Source of the DNA: Octopus vulgaris
Lineage: Eukaryota
DNA length: 64,000 nucleotides
NCBI GenBank assembly: GCA_951406725.2
Contig: OX597840.1
Span: 3,348,001-3,412,000 of the forward strand
Reading direction: 5' to 3'
The notes beneath the pieces are model-generated. The model ran no database searches. It was not told where the DNA came from and worked only from the letters and a program-made list of their open reading frames with translations. The translations under genes and the position numbers were made by a program. Shown piece by piece: positions 40,215 to 55,260 of the stretch. The number at the start of each line of letters is the position of its first letter. The first letter of the stretch is position 1.

Positions 40215-41039
40215 CCTAGTATATATACATAATATATGTATTTATTCATATATATATATATATACTCATACATATTCACGCACATAGATATACGCTATAT
40301 ATATATATAGAGAGAGAGAGATAGATACATACATACATACATGCATACACATACTTATATATATATATGTATGCACATACATACACACATATATATATAT
40401 TTACATATATATGTGTGTTTGTGGTAGTATATATACATAATATATATATATATATATTCATATACATTTCTATGTATTTATTTGTTTTATTTTGTTTCTT
40501 TGGAGTGGGGCAGCTTTGTGTATGTTTTTTTTTTCTTCGTAAATTAAGAGGAAATTTCAATAAATGGAATTAGCTACCTAAATCTGCACCATAGTGTCTA
40601 TTGAATTATCTCCCTTATCTTGTTTTGTTATTCTAACATTCTCTTATCATGGCTGACCAACGCCACCTCGACCGCTACTAACAACAACAACAACAACGCC
40701 GCTTCTGCCGCTGTTCTGTATAAACACGTTTCCATTTTGACCAATGCCTTGAGCAAATACGAGAAAAACACCAGATTCTCTCTTTTGAAAGAATCTTTTT
40801 TTTTTTATTAATGTCACGTGTATATGTATGTATATATTTATGTATGTATGGGTGTGTGTGTTTAAGTACGCGTAGACGTATGGGGGGTGTATGACTGTGT
40901 ATGTGTTTGTTTGCGTGTGTGTGTGTGTGTGAGTGTGTGTGTGTGTGTGTGTATGTGTTTGTGTGTAGAATGTGTACGAGGAAATGGTGTGATCCCAGAG
41001 TGATTGGAATAACATTGCACTCACTAACCTAGTACGTAC

Positions 41040-41785
41040 ACAGTGGTGGTTTTGGTAGTGGTGGTGGTGTATGTGGTGGTGGTGGTGGTGTATGTGGTGG
41101 TGGTGGTGGTGGTGGTGGTGGTGTTGACGCTGTTTTATGTTATGTTGCTGTTGTGATGGCGCTGCTAGCAATGGTGGTGTATGGTAATGGTAGAGGTAGT
41201 GTTGGTGGTAATGCTGACTTTGTGGGTTATGGTAGGTAGTGTTGTTATTAGTCGTGGTGGTGGTGGTGACGCTGCTCTTGTTGTTATGTTGCTGTTGTGA
41301 TGACGCTGGTAGCAATTGTGGTGGAGGGTAATGCTAAAAGTAATGGTGGTGGTGATGCTGACTGTTTGGGTTGTGGTGGTAGTGATGGTGGTGGTGGTGT
41401 TGTTGTTATTAGTGGTGGTGGTGGCAATGACTGTGGGTATGGTGGGGTGGTATCTGTAGTCTTGTTGGTGGTGGAGGTGTTATTGGTTGCAATGGTGTTT
41501 GTGCTGGTAGTAGTGTTCGTAATGGTATAGGTGATAGTGTTTATTGTGACAGTAGTTTGTGTGGTAGTGGTGGATGGAGTGGTGATGGGGTTAGAGGTGG
41601 TCTTTGGGTTAGTAGTGTAGGGGCTGTTGTAGGTGGTGGTGGTGGTGGTGTTGGTGGTATTTGTGGTGGTAGTCGTAGCGTTGGTAGTTGTAGGCCCTGT
41701 GATAAGGCTGCTGCTGGTGATGGTTGTGGTGGTGGTGGTGGTGGTGGTGGTGGAGGCGATTGGGGATCGTTTGTGGTCGAGGTAA
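41040..41785 (+). repeat. Degenerate (GGT)n tract with an internal ~140-bp duplication
   Basis: gttatgttgctgttgtgatg.cgctg.tagcaat occurs at ~41138 and ~41283. Confidence 0.85.
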
Positions 41786-42025
41786 TAAATGTCTGTTTAT
41801 ATATTGATATATGCGTGTTCGTATGTGTGTCTGCGAGTATGTGTGAGTATGTGTGTGTGAGGGCGCAAACATGCTATATTTAGATAAAAAATCCAGCTGT
41901 GTATGTATATATATATATATGTGCGTGTATGTGTGTGTGTGTGTGTGTGTGCGTATTGCGTGTATATGTCTATGTGTTACACGGGGGAGTATAATGTATT
42001 CATGAGATGAATATAGGCTGATATA

Positions 42026-42071
<46 letters not shown>

Positions 42072-42286
42072 ATACATACACATATATGTCAAAGCAAATG
42101 TATACATACACATATCTCTATGCATGTATGTATGCATATATGTATATACACCAATATGAGGTCAATGAGGTCATGTATAGAACTGTGTCATACGTGTGTG
42201 TATATGTAAGTTTGTGTGTAAATACATATGTGTTTATACATATGTACATATATATATATATATATATGCACATATGTAATGCTAAA

Positions 42287-42373
<87 letters not shown>

Positions 42374-42927
42374 CAAATATATTATATACACATATATACG
42401 TATATGTGTATATATATACATATATATATATACATATATATATATATGCATATATACATTTATACACTAGTAGTCATTTGTATACATGCATACATATATA
42501 CATACATACATACATACATACATACATACATACATGCAACTGGAAAATCATGTATGACACTGCTCACACCAACACACACACACACATACTCACTGCCCAC
42601 ACACATAGATATATGTATACATTTATATATATATACATGCAGGTAAATATACATGTATAATAGTTGTACACACACATAACGAAGCAAAAATATTTTCTTC
42701 ATCTAAACGAGATCTTTAATCATCGAGAGTGTTAAATATACAATTGTTTAACAATAGTCCGCCACCTCATACGACGGCAGCGTTATATAAACAGTCGACA
42801 CACTTTTTTTCCTGGAATTGTAAAAGATATATCACATTATAGTATTTATACGTAGTAGTATTGGACCTATATTTATTATTGGAATACCAGCTAAAGATGG
42901 TAATGTCTTGAAAGAGTCATCATTCTA

Positions 42928-42982
<55 letters not shown>

Positions 42983-43047
42983 CATATATAGAGAGAGGTG
43001 GGGAGATATATACATACATATATATAGATGTACTCATATATAAATTC

Positions 43048-43087
<40 letters not shown>

Positions 43088-43274
43088 TTCTATATATACA
43101 TATATATATATATATATATAGATAGATACACATATATATGTGTGTATGTATGTATACATTTATGTCTGTATCTATGAATATATGTATATATACACTTATA
43201 TACATATATATTTATATATATATATATATGTATATAATCTATATATATATATATGCCTACATATACAGACATAC

Positions 43275-43305
<31 letters not shown>

Positions 43306-43310
43306 CATAT

Positions 43311-43357
<47 letters not shown>

Positions 43358-43414
43358 CATATATATACAGATATATATTGTATTTCGGAATGGTCATTTT
43401 GTCAGTTTAGCCAA

Positions 43415-43468
<54 letters not shown>

Positions 43469-43502
43469 GTTTATTAAAACTTGAGTTCTGTTTTGTCATA
43501 TC

Positions 43503-43550
<48 letters not shown>

Positions 43551-44290
43551 TGTGTATTTATATGTGTATGCATGTTTTTTCTCTATTCTATACACATATG
43601 TAAATACATCACCAAATAAGTACTTACATGGATATTCACACACGATACCTCAAATGCACACTCAAACACACACACTCACACACACATGCATACACCCACT
43701 TATATATACACACAACAACGCGCACGCAATCATGCGTGCGCACCCTTTTGTTTTGAACAATTGAGAGCCGGGTCACGTTAGTAAAAACACATTTGTATGA
43801 ATCTGTATAGATGGCGCTTTTGTTCACCCCCCACACACACACACACACATGCACACACACACACTCGCAGTCACAAACGCGCACACGTAATATACATACA
43901 CATATATACACACACCACCTGTACACCTATTCGTATACATGTGTGTATATATATATTTATGACATACGTATGAATGAGTATATGCGTGTTCGTGTACGCA
44001 TGCGTGATTGCATTTAACATTTAACGGTGCACTTAAAACAAAAGAGCTGGAACACGTGATCGCCTCTCCGATCCGAACATCTTCCCCCCCCCGTCTTTCC
44101 ATCTATAATGCTAGTTCTTCCCCACCACGTCCACGACTACCACTACCGCGCAGGTAGGACAATAACATTTTATAGAACTGTCACAAGTGCTTCCTACAAC
44201 AACAACAACCAGCGCCGTCACACGGCCATTATTGAAAAGAATAAACAAACACAATCACTACATCTACATCGTCTTTCTTAACCAACTCCA

Positions 44291-44920
44291 AGGCGGTGAG
44301 CTGGGAGAAACGTTAGCACGCCGGGCGAAATGCTTAGCCGTATTTCGTCTGCCGTTACGTTCTGAGTTCAAATTCCGCAGGGGTCGACTTTGCCTTTCAC
44401 CCTTTCGGGTTCGATAAATTAAGTACCAGTAACGCACTGGGGTCGATGTAATCGTCTTACTCCCTTTGTCTGTCCTTGTTTGTCCCCTTATGTTTAGCCC
44501 CTTGTGGGCAATAAAGAAATAAGAAACGTTAACACACTGGGCAAAATGTTTAGTAGTATTTTGTCTATCTTTATGTTCTGGGTTCAAATTCCGCCGAGAT
44601 CGATATTACGTTTCATCCTTTCGGGTTCGATAAATTAAGTACCAGTTGCTTACTGGGGTTGATGTAATCGACTGGCCTCCTCCCACAAGATTTCGAGGCT
44701 TCTGCCTAGAGTAGAAAAGGATCATTAGCACGCCGGGCAAAATACATAGCGGCATTTCGTCCCTTTCTTTACGTTCTGTGTTCAAATGCCGGGGAGGTCG
44801 AATTTGCCTTTCACCCTTCTGGGGTGGACGAAATAAGTAACAGTTGAGCTCTAGGGTTGATGTAATCCACTTACTCACTCTCACGTAAACTAATGACCTT
44901 GTGTCAAAATTTGAAACCAA
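44291..44920 (+). mobile_element. Three head-to-tail SINE family B copies
   Basis: Units start at ~44291, ~44523 and ~44721. Each has gttcaaat.cc and a tttca.cctt..ggg...ataa..aag/taa core. Confidence 0.88.
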
Positions 44921-45059
44921 TATCCAATCGAACCTTCGGTGAGGCTAATTTTATTCAGTTGTTCAGCGGGCTGAGCCTGAAGCAGACGGGTTCCGTTACC
45001 GATCTACAAAACTTGAAATAGTACGGAAAACGAACCTAACTGTTTAAAATAATATATAC

Positions 45060-45139
<80 letters not shown>

Positions 45140-45372
45140 TGGAAACCGTTGTAAGACCTATCTATAAATGTTGTAATATCTCCACAGCGTTGTAGATAGA
45201 AACTCAGAAATCGGTACCGATTCGATAATAACGAAATTTTTTAGAAATTTCTGTCGGCTTGCTTTCGAGACGCCTGCTTATAGTGATAAATTATATGGTT
45301 ATTGACAAGTTAAGTCTATTTTAGGCATAGTTGGCATTGGAATTTTTTTCTTTTGCCCTTGTTTATAAGTTG

Positions 45373-45421
<49 letters not shown>

Positions 45422-45758
45422 CACATGATATGATTATAAACGTGGCACATTTCTCCGCAGACGGAAAATATGATGAACAATCTTAATGAATATATATATG
45501 TATATGTATATATATATGTGTGTGTGTGTGTATGTGTGTGTGTGTGAGTGTGTATGTATGTATGCATATACAGGCATTTATACACGTGTGTATATATATG
45601 AAAATATATATTTATATATGTATGTATATATATACACACACGCATAGGTATGTACTTGTGTGTAATCATGCATATATATACGTGTGTATATATGTTTATT
45701 GTGCTTGTATATATTTCAATAAACATGTATTCATGTGAATCTATCTGCTAGATTTAGC

Positions 45759-45790
<32 letters not shown>

Positions 45791-45954
45791 GTGTGTCTGT
45801 GTTGTTCCTGTGTGTGTATTTCTATGCTTGTTTGTTCGCAGTGTGTGTGGAAGTGTCTGTTAGTTTGTAGGTCTGTATCGAGGCGGGGGTGTTTCAATAA
45901 TTTGTTAAATTCCATTTCCGGTTTCCGGTTTCTATTATTTTTCATATTCTCATG

Positions 45955-46530
45955 CATTGTCTCCTTCTTTCCCCCCTCTTATCCCCTCTCTCTTCTTTAT
46001 TTCTTTCCTTCTCTTCTCTCTCATTCTTCTCCATCTACTTTCACTTTCACTATTCTCCTTCGTTGTCTTCATCTTCTCCGTCTTTCTCTTTTTCTTTCGT
46101 TCTTGCTTTCCTTCCACACTCTTCTTCTTTGCCTTCTTCCTCTACTTCCTTCTTTATTTTCTCCTTCCTTATTCCTCTCTCTCTCATTCTTCTTTCTCTT
46201 CAAATTCTCCATCTTCGCCTATGTCCTTTGTTTCCTCTTCGCCTTCTTCCTTCTCGCCTTCATCTTCGTCTTCCCATCCTTCATCTTCCCTCGGTCTGTC
46301 CCCTTCTTTTCCCTCTGTCTTATTTCACTGTATCCTTTCGTCACATGTTCCTTCTTCCTTCATCTACTCCCTTTCCTCTTCCGCTTCATATTCTCCTCTT
46401 TCTTCTCCTTCCTCTTCATCTTCGACTTCCCCTTTTTCCTTCTTCCTCGTCTACTACATCATCACCATCTTCTTCTTCTTCTTCTTCTTCTTCTTCTTCT
46501 CCTCCTCCTCCTCCTCCTTCTTAATATTAT
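45955..46530 (+). repeat. Polypyrimidine low-complexity tract
   Basis: Direct reading. Confidence 0.9.
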
Positions 46531-47309
46531 TCTTCTCTTTCCATTTCCTTTACGGCAATTTTAGCGATTGTGTTTTGTTTTTTCTTTATCATTTTTTTGT
46601 GCTTTTAGGTTTTAGCAGATAATTTATTTTTCGTTCATCTTTGTTATTTTATATTTATATTTGCAATTATTTTAAATATTTATATCATTATTTTCTCTCT
46701 CGTTTATTCAATTTCCAATTACACGAAGAACAAGAAAAAGAAATAAATTAAAGAGAACCATTCCTCCTTTCTGTTTTACTGTTGTTAAACCATTTTCTTG
46801 CTGTTCCTTTTTTTCACGTTACCATTCTCCTTGTTAACGTTGCCGCTACTATGGCCGCTGTTGCTCTTCTTGTTATTGTTGTTGCCGTCGTCCTCATAGT
46901 CGTCGTCGTAGCTGTGGTTGTTTTATGCAGTCTTGAAATCTAATATACCACTCATTAATTAATTAGATACAAGGAATACACGATTTATTCCAGGTGCTTT
47001 TGTTTAGATTGCAACGCAAACTAAAACAATTTGTTGGCGTTGAATATTTTTTGTCTTTATTTATGAGAGAAAATGCGATCTTAAAATGATGTTAGCAAAT
47101 GTCATGTGGGGTGGGCGTGAGTGGATTGTAATGCTAAATTACATTGCAGGATTGATTCTTAACATCTTATGATGCTTATTTAAATTATTAACGCGAATAA
47201 AATTAAGCGTTTATAGAGAAGACAATACCTCCGACTTCTATTCATTTTCGCATTGTTATCACTATTATTATTATTGTTGCTGTTGTTGTGGTAAATATTC
47301 TTGTTAATG

Positions 47310-47930
<621 letters not shown>

Positions 47931-48276
47931 CAAAGCTGTTACATGCTTATTTAATTAGCAGCAATGTTCATCTCAACATTTCGGAGACAACATTGTCTCC
48001 AGAAAAACAAAAAAGAAAAAAAAAAACCTCAATAATCTTTCTTAGAATTCATGCAGAATATACAGAATATACACAAGATAGCACTTTCCATTTTCTTACA
48101 GGTCAATCGACGAAAATACGACTCTCGATTCCACCTACTTCCAATCTCTTAGGTAGCAATTTCGGTCTTTATACCAATGCACCAATTACCAGAGAAATAA
48201 TTGTACATCTTAGGCTTGCACCAACAGTTTATCTCTCCGGTTAAGTCCAGATATTTCTCAATATTTCCAAATTTTC

Positions 48277-48319
<43 letters not shown>

Positions 48320-48512
48320 CAGTCCGCCATCATATATTTATGGCAAAGGCAACTGTTTTGCTTTTTATATCCTCTATAATCATATCTGGTCTCTTTATTT
48401 CAATGGCGTAGTCAGCACTACTGGCGAAATTCCATAAAATCCGGTAATTATTATTCTGTGTCACAGCCTCTGTCTCGTGTTCATACCACATTCAATTCAC
48501 CTGCATCATCAT

Positions 48513-48544
<32 letters not shown>

Positions 48545-48554
48545 CCACCAGTAC

Positions 48555-48630
<76 letters not shown>

Positions 48631-48746
48631 ATATTTACTAAAACTATCATTATTATCATCATCATCATTATCGTCCTCATGATTTTTATTATTATAACTA
48701 TTATTATTATCATTATCAATAACATTATTATTACTATTATTATTAA

Positions 48747-48800
<54 letters not shown>

Positions 48801-49251
48801 GATGATCATTATTATTATTATTACTATTATTATTATTACTATTATTACTATTATTATTATTACAGTCATCATCGTCGTCATCATCATCATCATCACCATC
48901 TTCATCACCACCATCATCATTATTATCATTTTTACTATTATTATTGAAACCGTCGTACAGTATCCAATATCCTCATGTTGTTGATTGAAGATATTGTGTG
49001 TGCCGAGGGTTTGCAATGTCTGTCAAGTCACAACAAGGACCTCAGACAAACAGTACTCTACGCAATATGCGTACAGTACCAAGTAATGCATCGGTCGATA
49101 TTTTATAGATGGATAGATAGATCAACAAATGTTTATAAAATAGACAGACTAACTAAAAGACAGATAAGAGATAATTAAGTAGGTCGATGCGTGAATAGTT
49201 GTGTAGGTCAGTAGACCAACAGGTAACTTTAAATACATATAAACGAATTTA

Positions 49252-49718
49252 CTTCATTTCCCTGGGCATGGACACATTGAAACTCCGACGTCTGGCAGCT
49301 GACTTGGCAGACACCCATAAAATTATTAACCATCTTTCAAACAATAACTCTGAGCACCTTTTCAAACTCCACCCGTCTAACACCCGTGAACATATTTACA
49401 AAATCAGAAAACAGCACAGCTCCCATGACTTTAGGAAACATTTTTTCACGCTAAGAGTTGCTGAAGCATGGAACTAACTGCCAGCATCAGTTGTTAGTTG
49501 TCGGAGCACTGCATCCTTCAAAACTTCCATGCTTCCTGAGAATCGCCAACACTACACCTGATTTTCTCCCCTCCATACACACACAAGCATGCATCTGACT
49601 CATACATTGTTCGCTTTTCCTGACATTTGTACATTACTGCATATACTCTATACGCACTTTCTGACAAGTTGTGGTGCACCTGAGCACTGTATACAATAAT
49701 TTCATTATTATTATTATT
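49252..49718 (+). mobile_element. 5'-truncated CR1-group LINE 3' end with (ATT)n tail
   Basis: Translation LGMDTLKLRRLAADL...SNTREH...RKHFFTLRVAEAWN*LP is the typical C-terminus of CR1/L2 ORF2. It is followed by a 3' UTR and attattatt. Confidence 0.88.
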
Positions 49719-50330
49719 TATAGTTACTTTCAGAGATATGAGCTGACAGAGAGAAGAATGGGCATGTACGAATTGATAGAATTGTGTGAGGTTATAGGCA
49801 ACATATGAAAATACTGACTTTTCCTAACAGCACCATCTGGAATACGAGTGTTCTAGTGCGTTATGTTTGCCAGATGTGACGCGTAATACCCTATCACTAA
49901 GCGCTCCTTTTTACGGTAAAAAGTCTTCTTTAGCTTCTGTATATAACAATGTTTGATTGTTCTTATGTTGAATTTTCAAGATGGTTCTCTCGAAAAGCCT
50001 GAGAATGTATTTTCGATCGTGTTTGCATTTACCTAGTAATTCCGAATTGATAATTTAAGTAGATATTCAGTTGTCTCAAAAGCTCTAATATTAGTCGCTT
50101 TTCGGTAACAATATATTAGAATTTCTGCTGTTATTCTTGTATATTCTGGATATTTTCCAGAATCATCCGTTTTCTGGAAGTAATGATTTGTGAAAATACG
50201 ACAGGAAATATAACTGTGTAAGTGTAAGTGTAAGTGTATGTATGTATGTATATACGAAGACACATAAATATTTATATACATATATGTATATATATATGTA
50301 TACGTACATATATGTATATATGTATATATG

Positions 50331-50361
<31 letters not shown>

Positions 50362-50387
50362 ATGTATATATATATAGACCATGTACA

Positions 50388-50430
<43 letters not shown>

Positions 50431-50689
50431 ATATATGTAGATATACATATATATGTATATGTATAGATACATGTGTGTAGGCATGTATATGTATGAGTAT
50501 GAAGTATACATATATATATATATATTTACAACATGGGACGGAAAATTATGTGTGTGTCAGTGTGTACATACGTTTTGCAAACAACTTGCACATGGAAGTG
50601 CAACTAGTAGAGAGGTCCGCATACTTATAGAGCTGCATGTATAGACACTGTTTTGAATGTACTTCGAAGACAGTATCACATTTATATAC

Positions 50690-50732
<43 letters not shown>

Positions 50733-51286
50733 CATAGATACACATACACATGTGTGTATATAAGTATGTCTCGTATAGTTTAACGTATATGTCATAGTAT
50801 CTTGTTGAAGCGGCTGTGCTGATGACGCCTATTAAAGCAGAAACATACGCAAAATGTGTCTTTATTTTGACTGCAGACAAACAAATTTTCTTTTCTTTAA
50901 CGCTATGTCAATCTTCGAGAATACTTCACTCTTAATGCTGTCGCGTCATCTCTTTTGGATTTGGTGCCAATTGCCTCCAGAGGCAATTATCCCATCCTTC
51001 CCGCAAGCAAAGATAACTTCAGTGAAGGAAGAATATTTTTATAAGGATTTGTCGCCAAAGTCATGCCACGAGCAACTTTTAGTTACTTCACTTACCACGT
51101 TTTCGTTTTATCTCCAGTTGCAAGGGTGTGCGTACGTGAGTGTCTGCGTATGTGTGTGTGTGTGTGTGTGCGTGAGTGTATTTGTGTGTGTGTGTGTGTG
51201 TGAGCAGAAACGCTCATCTCTTTATAAATACACACGTTTGAACGTGTACATGTGTGCTAGTGCTCATAAGTGTTTGTGTATATATG

Positions 51287-51367
<81 letters not shown>

Positions 51368-51538
51368 GCATGTATGTATATATGTATGCATATGTATATA
51401 TATTTATATAAGTGTATGTATATATGTATATACATAGATCTATATATATATATATATTTATATATATGAATAAATATATATGATATATGTAGATGTGTGG
51501 CATATGTACATGCGCGTATATATATATATGTGTATATA

Positions 51539-51591
<53 letters not shown>

Positions 51592-51611
51592 GTGTGTGTA
51601 TATACATATAT

Positions 51612-51658
<47 letters not shown>

Positions 51659-51815
51659 TGTGTGTGTGTATATATATATGAAGCCAGCTCACTTCCTTGT
51701 ACATTTCCTTTCATTATATTTTATTTTATGGTTTTCTAACTTTTTTCCCAATCGTTCTTCTTTCATATCCTCTTCACCCATTTAGAACAAGTAGAACAAG
51801 TAGCAGTAGTAGTAA

Positions 51816-51880
<65 letters not shown>

Positions 51881-52103
51881 ACAGTAGTAGTAATTGTCGC
51901 TCAGTTCTTGTTTTCTCTCCTCCAGTTGCTTTCCCTATACGTTTGATATTTTCGTTTCCATATCATCATCATCATCATCATCATTATCACCATCATCATC
52001 ATTGGACCCATTACGGTAGTAATCGTAGTGGTCATCATCGTGTCCGACGTCATCATTATCCTCTTCCTCCTACTCCTCATAATCATCATCATCATCATCA
52101 TCA

Positions 52104-52146
<43 letters not shown>

Positions 52147-52147
52147 A

Positions 52148-52203
<56 letters not shown>

Positions 52204-52352
52204 ATTATTATTATTATTGTTGTTGTTGTTATAACATCATCCTTCCAGCTTCTCTCGCTGATCTCTTTATCGTTCCCTCATTTTCTGTTTCTCTCTTAAT
52301 CTTTCCCTTTTTCCTCTCTCTCTCTCTCTCTTTCTTTCTCTTTCTCTCTTAC

Positions 52353-52385
52353 GCTCTCTCAGTCGCCATTTTCAAAGATGAAATA
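52353..52385 (-). CDS. Candidate 33-nt microexon (phase 0: YFIFENGD*; phase 2: xISSLKMATERx open cassette)
   Basis: ttatttttattttttcgtcttcag | TATTTCATCTTTGAAAATGGCGACTGAGAGAGC | gtaaga. Both splice sites are canonical and the length is divisible by 3. Confidence 0.55.
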
Positions 52386-52437
52386 CTGAAGACGAAAAAA
52401 TAAAAATAATGAAGCAAAAGAAAAAGAAAATAATAAA

Positions 52438-52471
<34 letters not shown>

Positions 52472-52485
52472 GTAATAATAATAAT

Positions 52486-52522
<37 letters not shown>

Positions 52523-52742
52523 GTAATAGTAATAATAGTAATAATAATAATAAATAAATAACCAAAAGACCAGAATATAAAAGAAATGGAACTCTGACAT
52601 GATGCTAGGTTGGCATCAAATTTTGGTTCTATAATAGCTTCAGGAATGGGAAAGAGGTTTTGGTGGGGGAGACGTCAGTGTCTGTGTGTGTCTGTATGTG
52701 GCCTCACTGTTTATGTGTGTGAGCGTACATGTGTGAGCCTGG

Positions 52743-52798
<56 letters not shown>

Positions 52799-53499
52799 TT
52801 GGAAGTCTGTGATTTAATATGGCTGTCCGTTTGGTTTTATATACGTGTTTGAGTGCGCATGTACGAACGTGTTTGTTAGTGATTATGTGTGTGAATGTTT
52901 ATGAATGTGTTCGCGTGTGTGTGTGTGTGCGTGCCGGTTTGTGTGTGTCTTTGCGTGTGTGTTTGTGTGTGTGTGTATGTGTACATAGCTCCCTGCGTGT
53001 GTGTTTGTATATTTGTCTACGTGTATTTGCTTCTTTGTATTAATATACCTCTGTTTACCAGTGTGTGTATGCGTATATGTCTGTAGGTATATGCATACAC
53101 ACACACACATACCTAGACACACACCTAGACACATACACAGAAACACACGCATATACATATATATATATATCCGTCTTTCTGTCTGCCTCTGTAGTTGGAT
53201 GTCCTCTTTGAGTATGTGTTTGTCTCTCTATAGGTGAGTGCATATATGTATCTGTATATACATGTATGTATATCTCTGTGTCTTTCAGTCTAGCACTGTT
53301 ATTGGGAGAATCTTTGACTATGAGCATGTGTTTATGTATTTATAACAGCGTGTATAAACGTATGTGTTGCACAAATACACACACACACACGTATATATAT
53401 ATATATATATATAGTAACAATTTAATAAATAAAACATATGCATACATACATACATATATGTACATACCTCCATCTATATGTATATATACATACATATAT

Positions 53500-53690
53500 G
53501 AGTACAGGACACCACAAATAAACGCAGAACACAACGAGAAACGAAAACATAAATTCAAACAAGGAAACGGACTTTTTTTAACAACGAAAAAACAGGGTAC
53601 AAGACAAACAATACAAGGAATATTCCCCTTCATCAGCTGCCCCTGGTTCGACTCAATGCATGTTTCGAAGACTCTTCAAGTCTGGCTTTG
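53500..53690 (-). mobile_element. Short Penelope-like repeat (second copy at 18530-18662) with hammerhead-like motif at 53651-53685
   Basis: The two copies share tacaggacaccacaaata.acg.agaac...ttttttaacaacgaaaaaacag.gtacaagacaa...caagga..at.ccccttcatc. The minus strand has TTGAAGAGtcttCGAAACATGCA. Confidence 0.5.
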
Positions 53691-53896
53691 TGGCTTTGTA
53701 CGTCTTTCTCTACGAGTATATTTCCCTATATCTAAACCTGGATATATATGGCTATGCGAATATACGTATATGTATGCATATAACTTCGTGCATCTGTATG
53801 GCTGTGTGATTACGGGTGTGTGTTTAACAAATATGTTTTTTGTCTATAATTATGTCTATAGCTGCGTCTATAGTTGTGTGTGTATGCATGCATATA

Positions 53897-54280
53897 GGCG
53901 CAGGAGTGGCTGTGTGGTAAGTAGCTTGTTTACCAGCCACATAGTTCCGGGTTCAGTCCCACTGCGTGGCACCTTGGGAAAGTGTCTTCTACTATAGTCT
54001 CGGGCTGACCAAAGCCTTGTAAGTGGATTTGGTAGACGGAAACTGAAAGAAGCCCGTCGTATATATGTATATGCGTGTGTGTGTTTGTCCCCCTAGCATT
54101 GCTTGACAACCGATGCCGGTGTGTTTATGTCCCCGTTACTTAGCGGTTCGACAAAAGAGACCGATAGAATAATTACTGGGCTTACAAAAGAATAAGTCCC
54201 GGGCTCGAGTTGCTCGATTAAAGGCGGTGCTCCAGCATGGCCGCAGTCAAATGACTGAAACAAGTAAAAGAGTAAAAGAG
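53897..54280 (+). mobile_element. Full-length SINE family A
   Basis: A box gtggctgtgtggtaag, B box gggttcagtcc, CORE-like ccttgggaaagtg, internal (TG)n and a (agtaaaag)n tail. Confidence 0.93.
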
Positions 54281-54780
54281 TATATGTATGCATATAACTT
54301 CGTTTATCTGTATGGCTGTGTGTTTCACAAATATGTTTTTTGTCTATAATTATGTCTCTAGCTGTGTGTATAGTTGTGTGCGTATGCATGTATATGCTTA
54401 TATGCTTTCGTCTGCTTGTTTGTTTTGAGTACGTAGTCCATTACGATTGCATGTTTATGTCTGTGTTCGAGCACCCATGTATATATGCATATACACATGG
54501 CTTCCTGTCTTTCGCTTCGAGTCGGTGTTTGCGTATTTATAGCTGTATGTACAGTAATGCCTCGATATATGAGTTGATTTATTTCTGGGGGCCGTTCGTA
54601 AAGCAAAAACTCGTAAAACAGAGCGATAATTTCCCATAGTAGCAACGCTATAAATTGTCATTCGTTTCCATAACAATAGTTTACCTATAAAATTTATAAT
54701 AATCGTTAATAAATGGTAATAAAACAACAGTAGAATGTAAAGAATATTCTATGCAAAGTAAAAAGATTATTTATATTCTT

Positions 54781-54990
54781 TTACTCGTTACTCTTTTACT
54801 TGTTTCAGTCATTTAACAGTGGCCATGCTGGAGCACCGCCTTTAGTCGAGCAAATCGACCCCATTCTATCGGTCTCTCTTGCCGAACTGCTAAATTACGG
54901 GCAAGTGTCTTCTACTATAGCCTCGGGCTGACCAAAGCCTTGTGAGTGGATTTCGTAGACGGAAACTTAAAGAAGCCCGTCGTATATATG

Positions 54991-55040
<50 letters not shown>

Positions 55041-55260
55041 TGTGTCTGTGTTTGTCCCCCACCCATCCACATCGCTTGACAACCGATGCTGGTGTGTTTA
55101 CGTCCCGTAACTTAGCGTTTCGGCAAAAAGTGACCGATAGAATAAGCACTAGGCTTACAAAGAATAAGTCCTGGGGGTCGATTTGCTCGAATAAAGGCGG
55201 TGCTCCAGCATGGCCACTGTCAAATGACTGAATCAAGTAAAAGAGTATGAGAGTAAAGAG
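54781..55260. mobile_element. Rearranged SINE family A: inverted 3' fragment (54781-54900, -) fused to a 5'-truncated forward copy (54901-55260, +)
   Basis: 54781-54900 is the reverse complement of ~55105-55260 with an internal deletion. Confidence 0.9.

Noticed and set aside
43990-44110. Promoter (ACGCATGCGT palindrome, CACGTG E-box)
   Set aside because: Such motifs arise readily from the decayed alternating purine-pyrimidine repeats next to them, and there is no other support.
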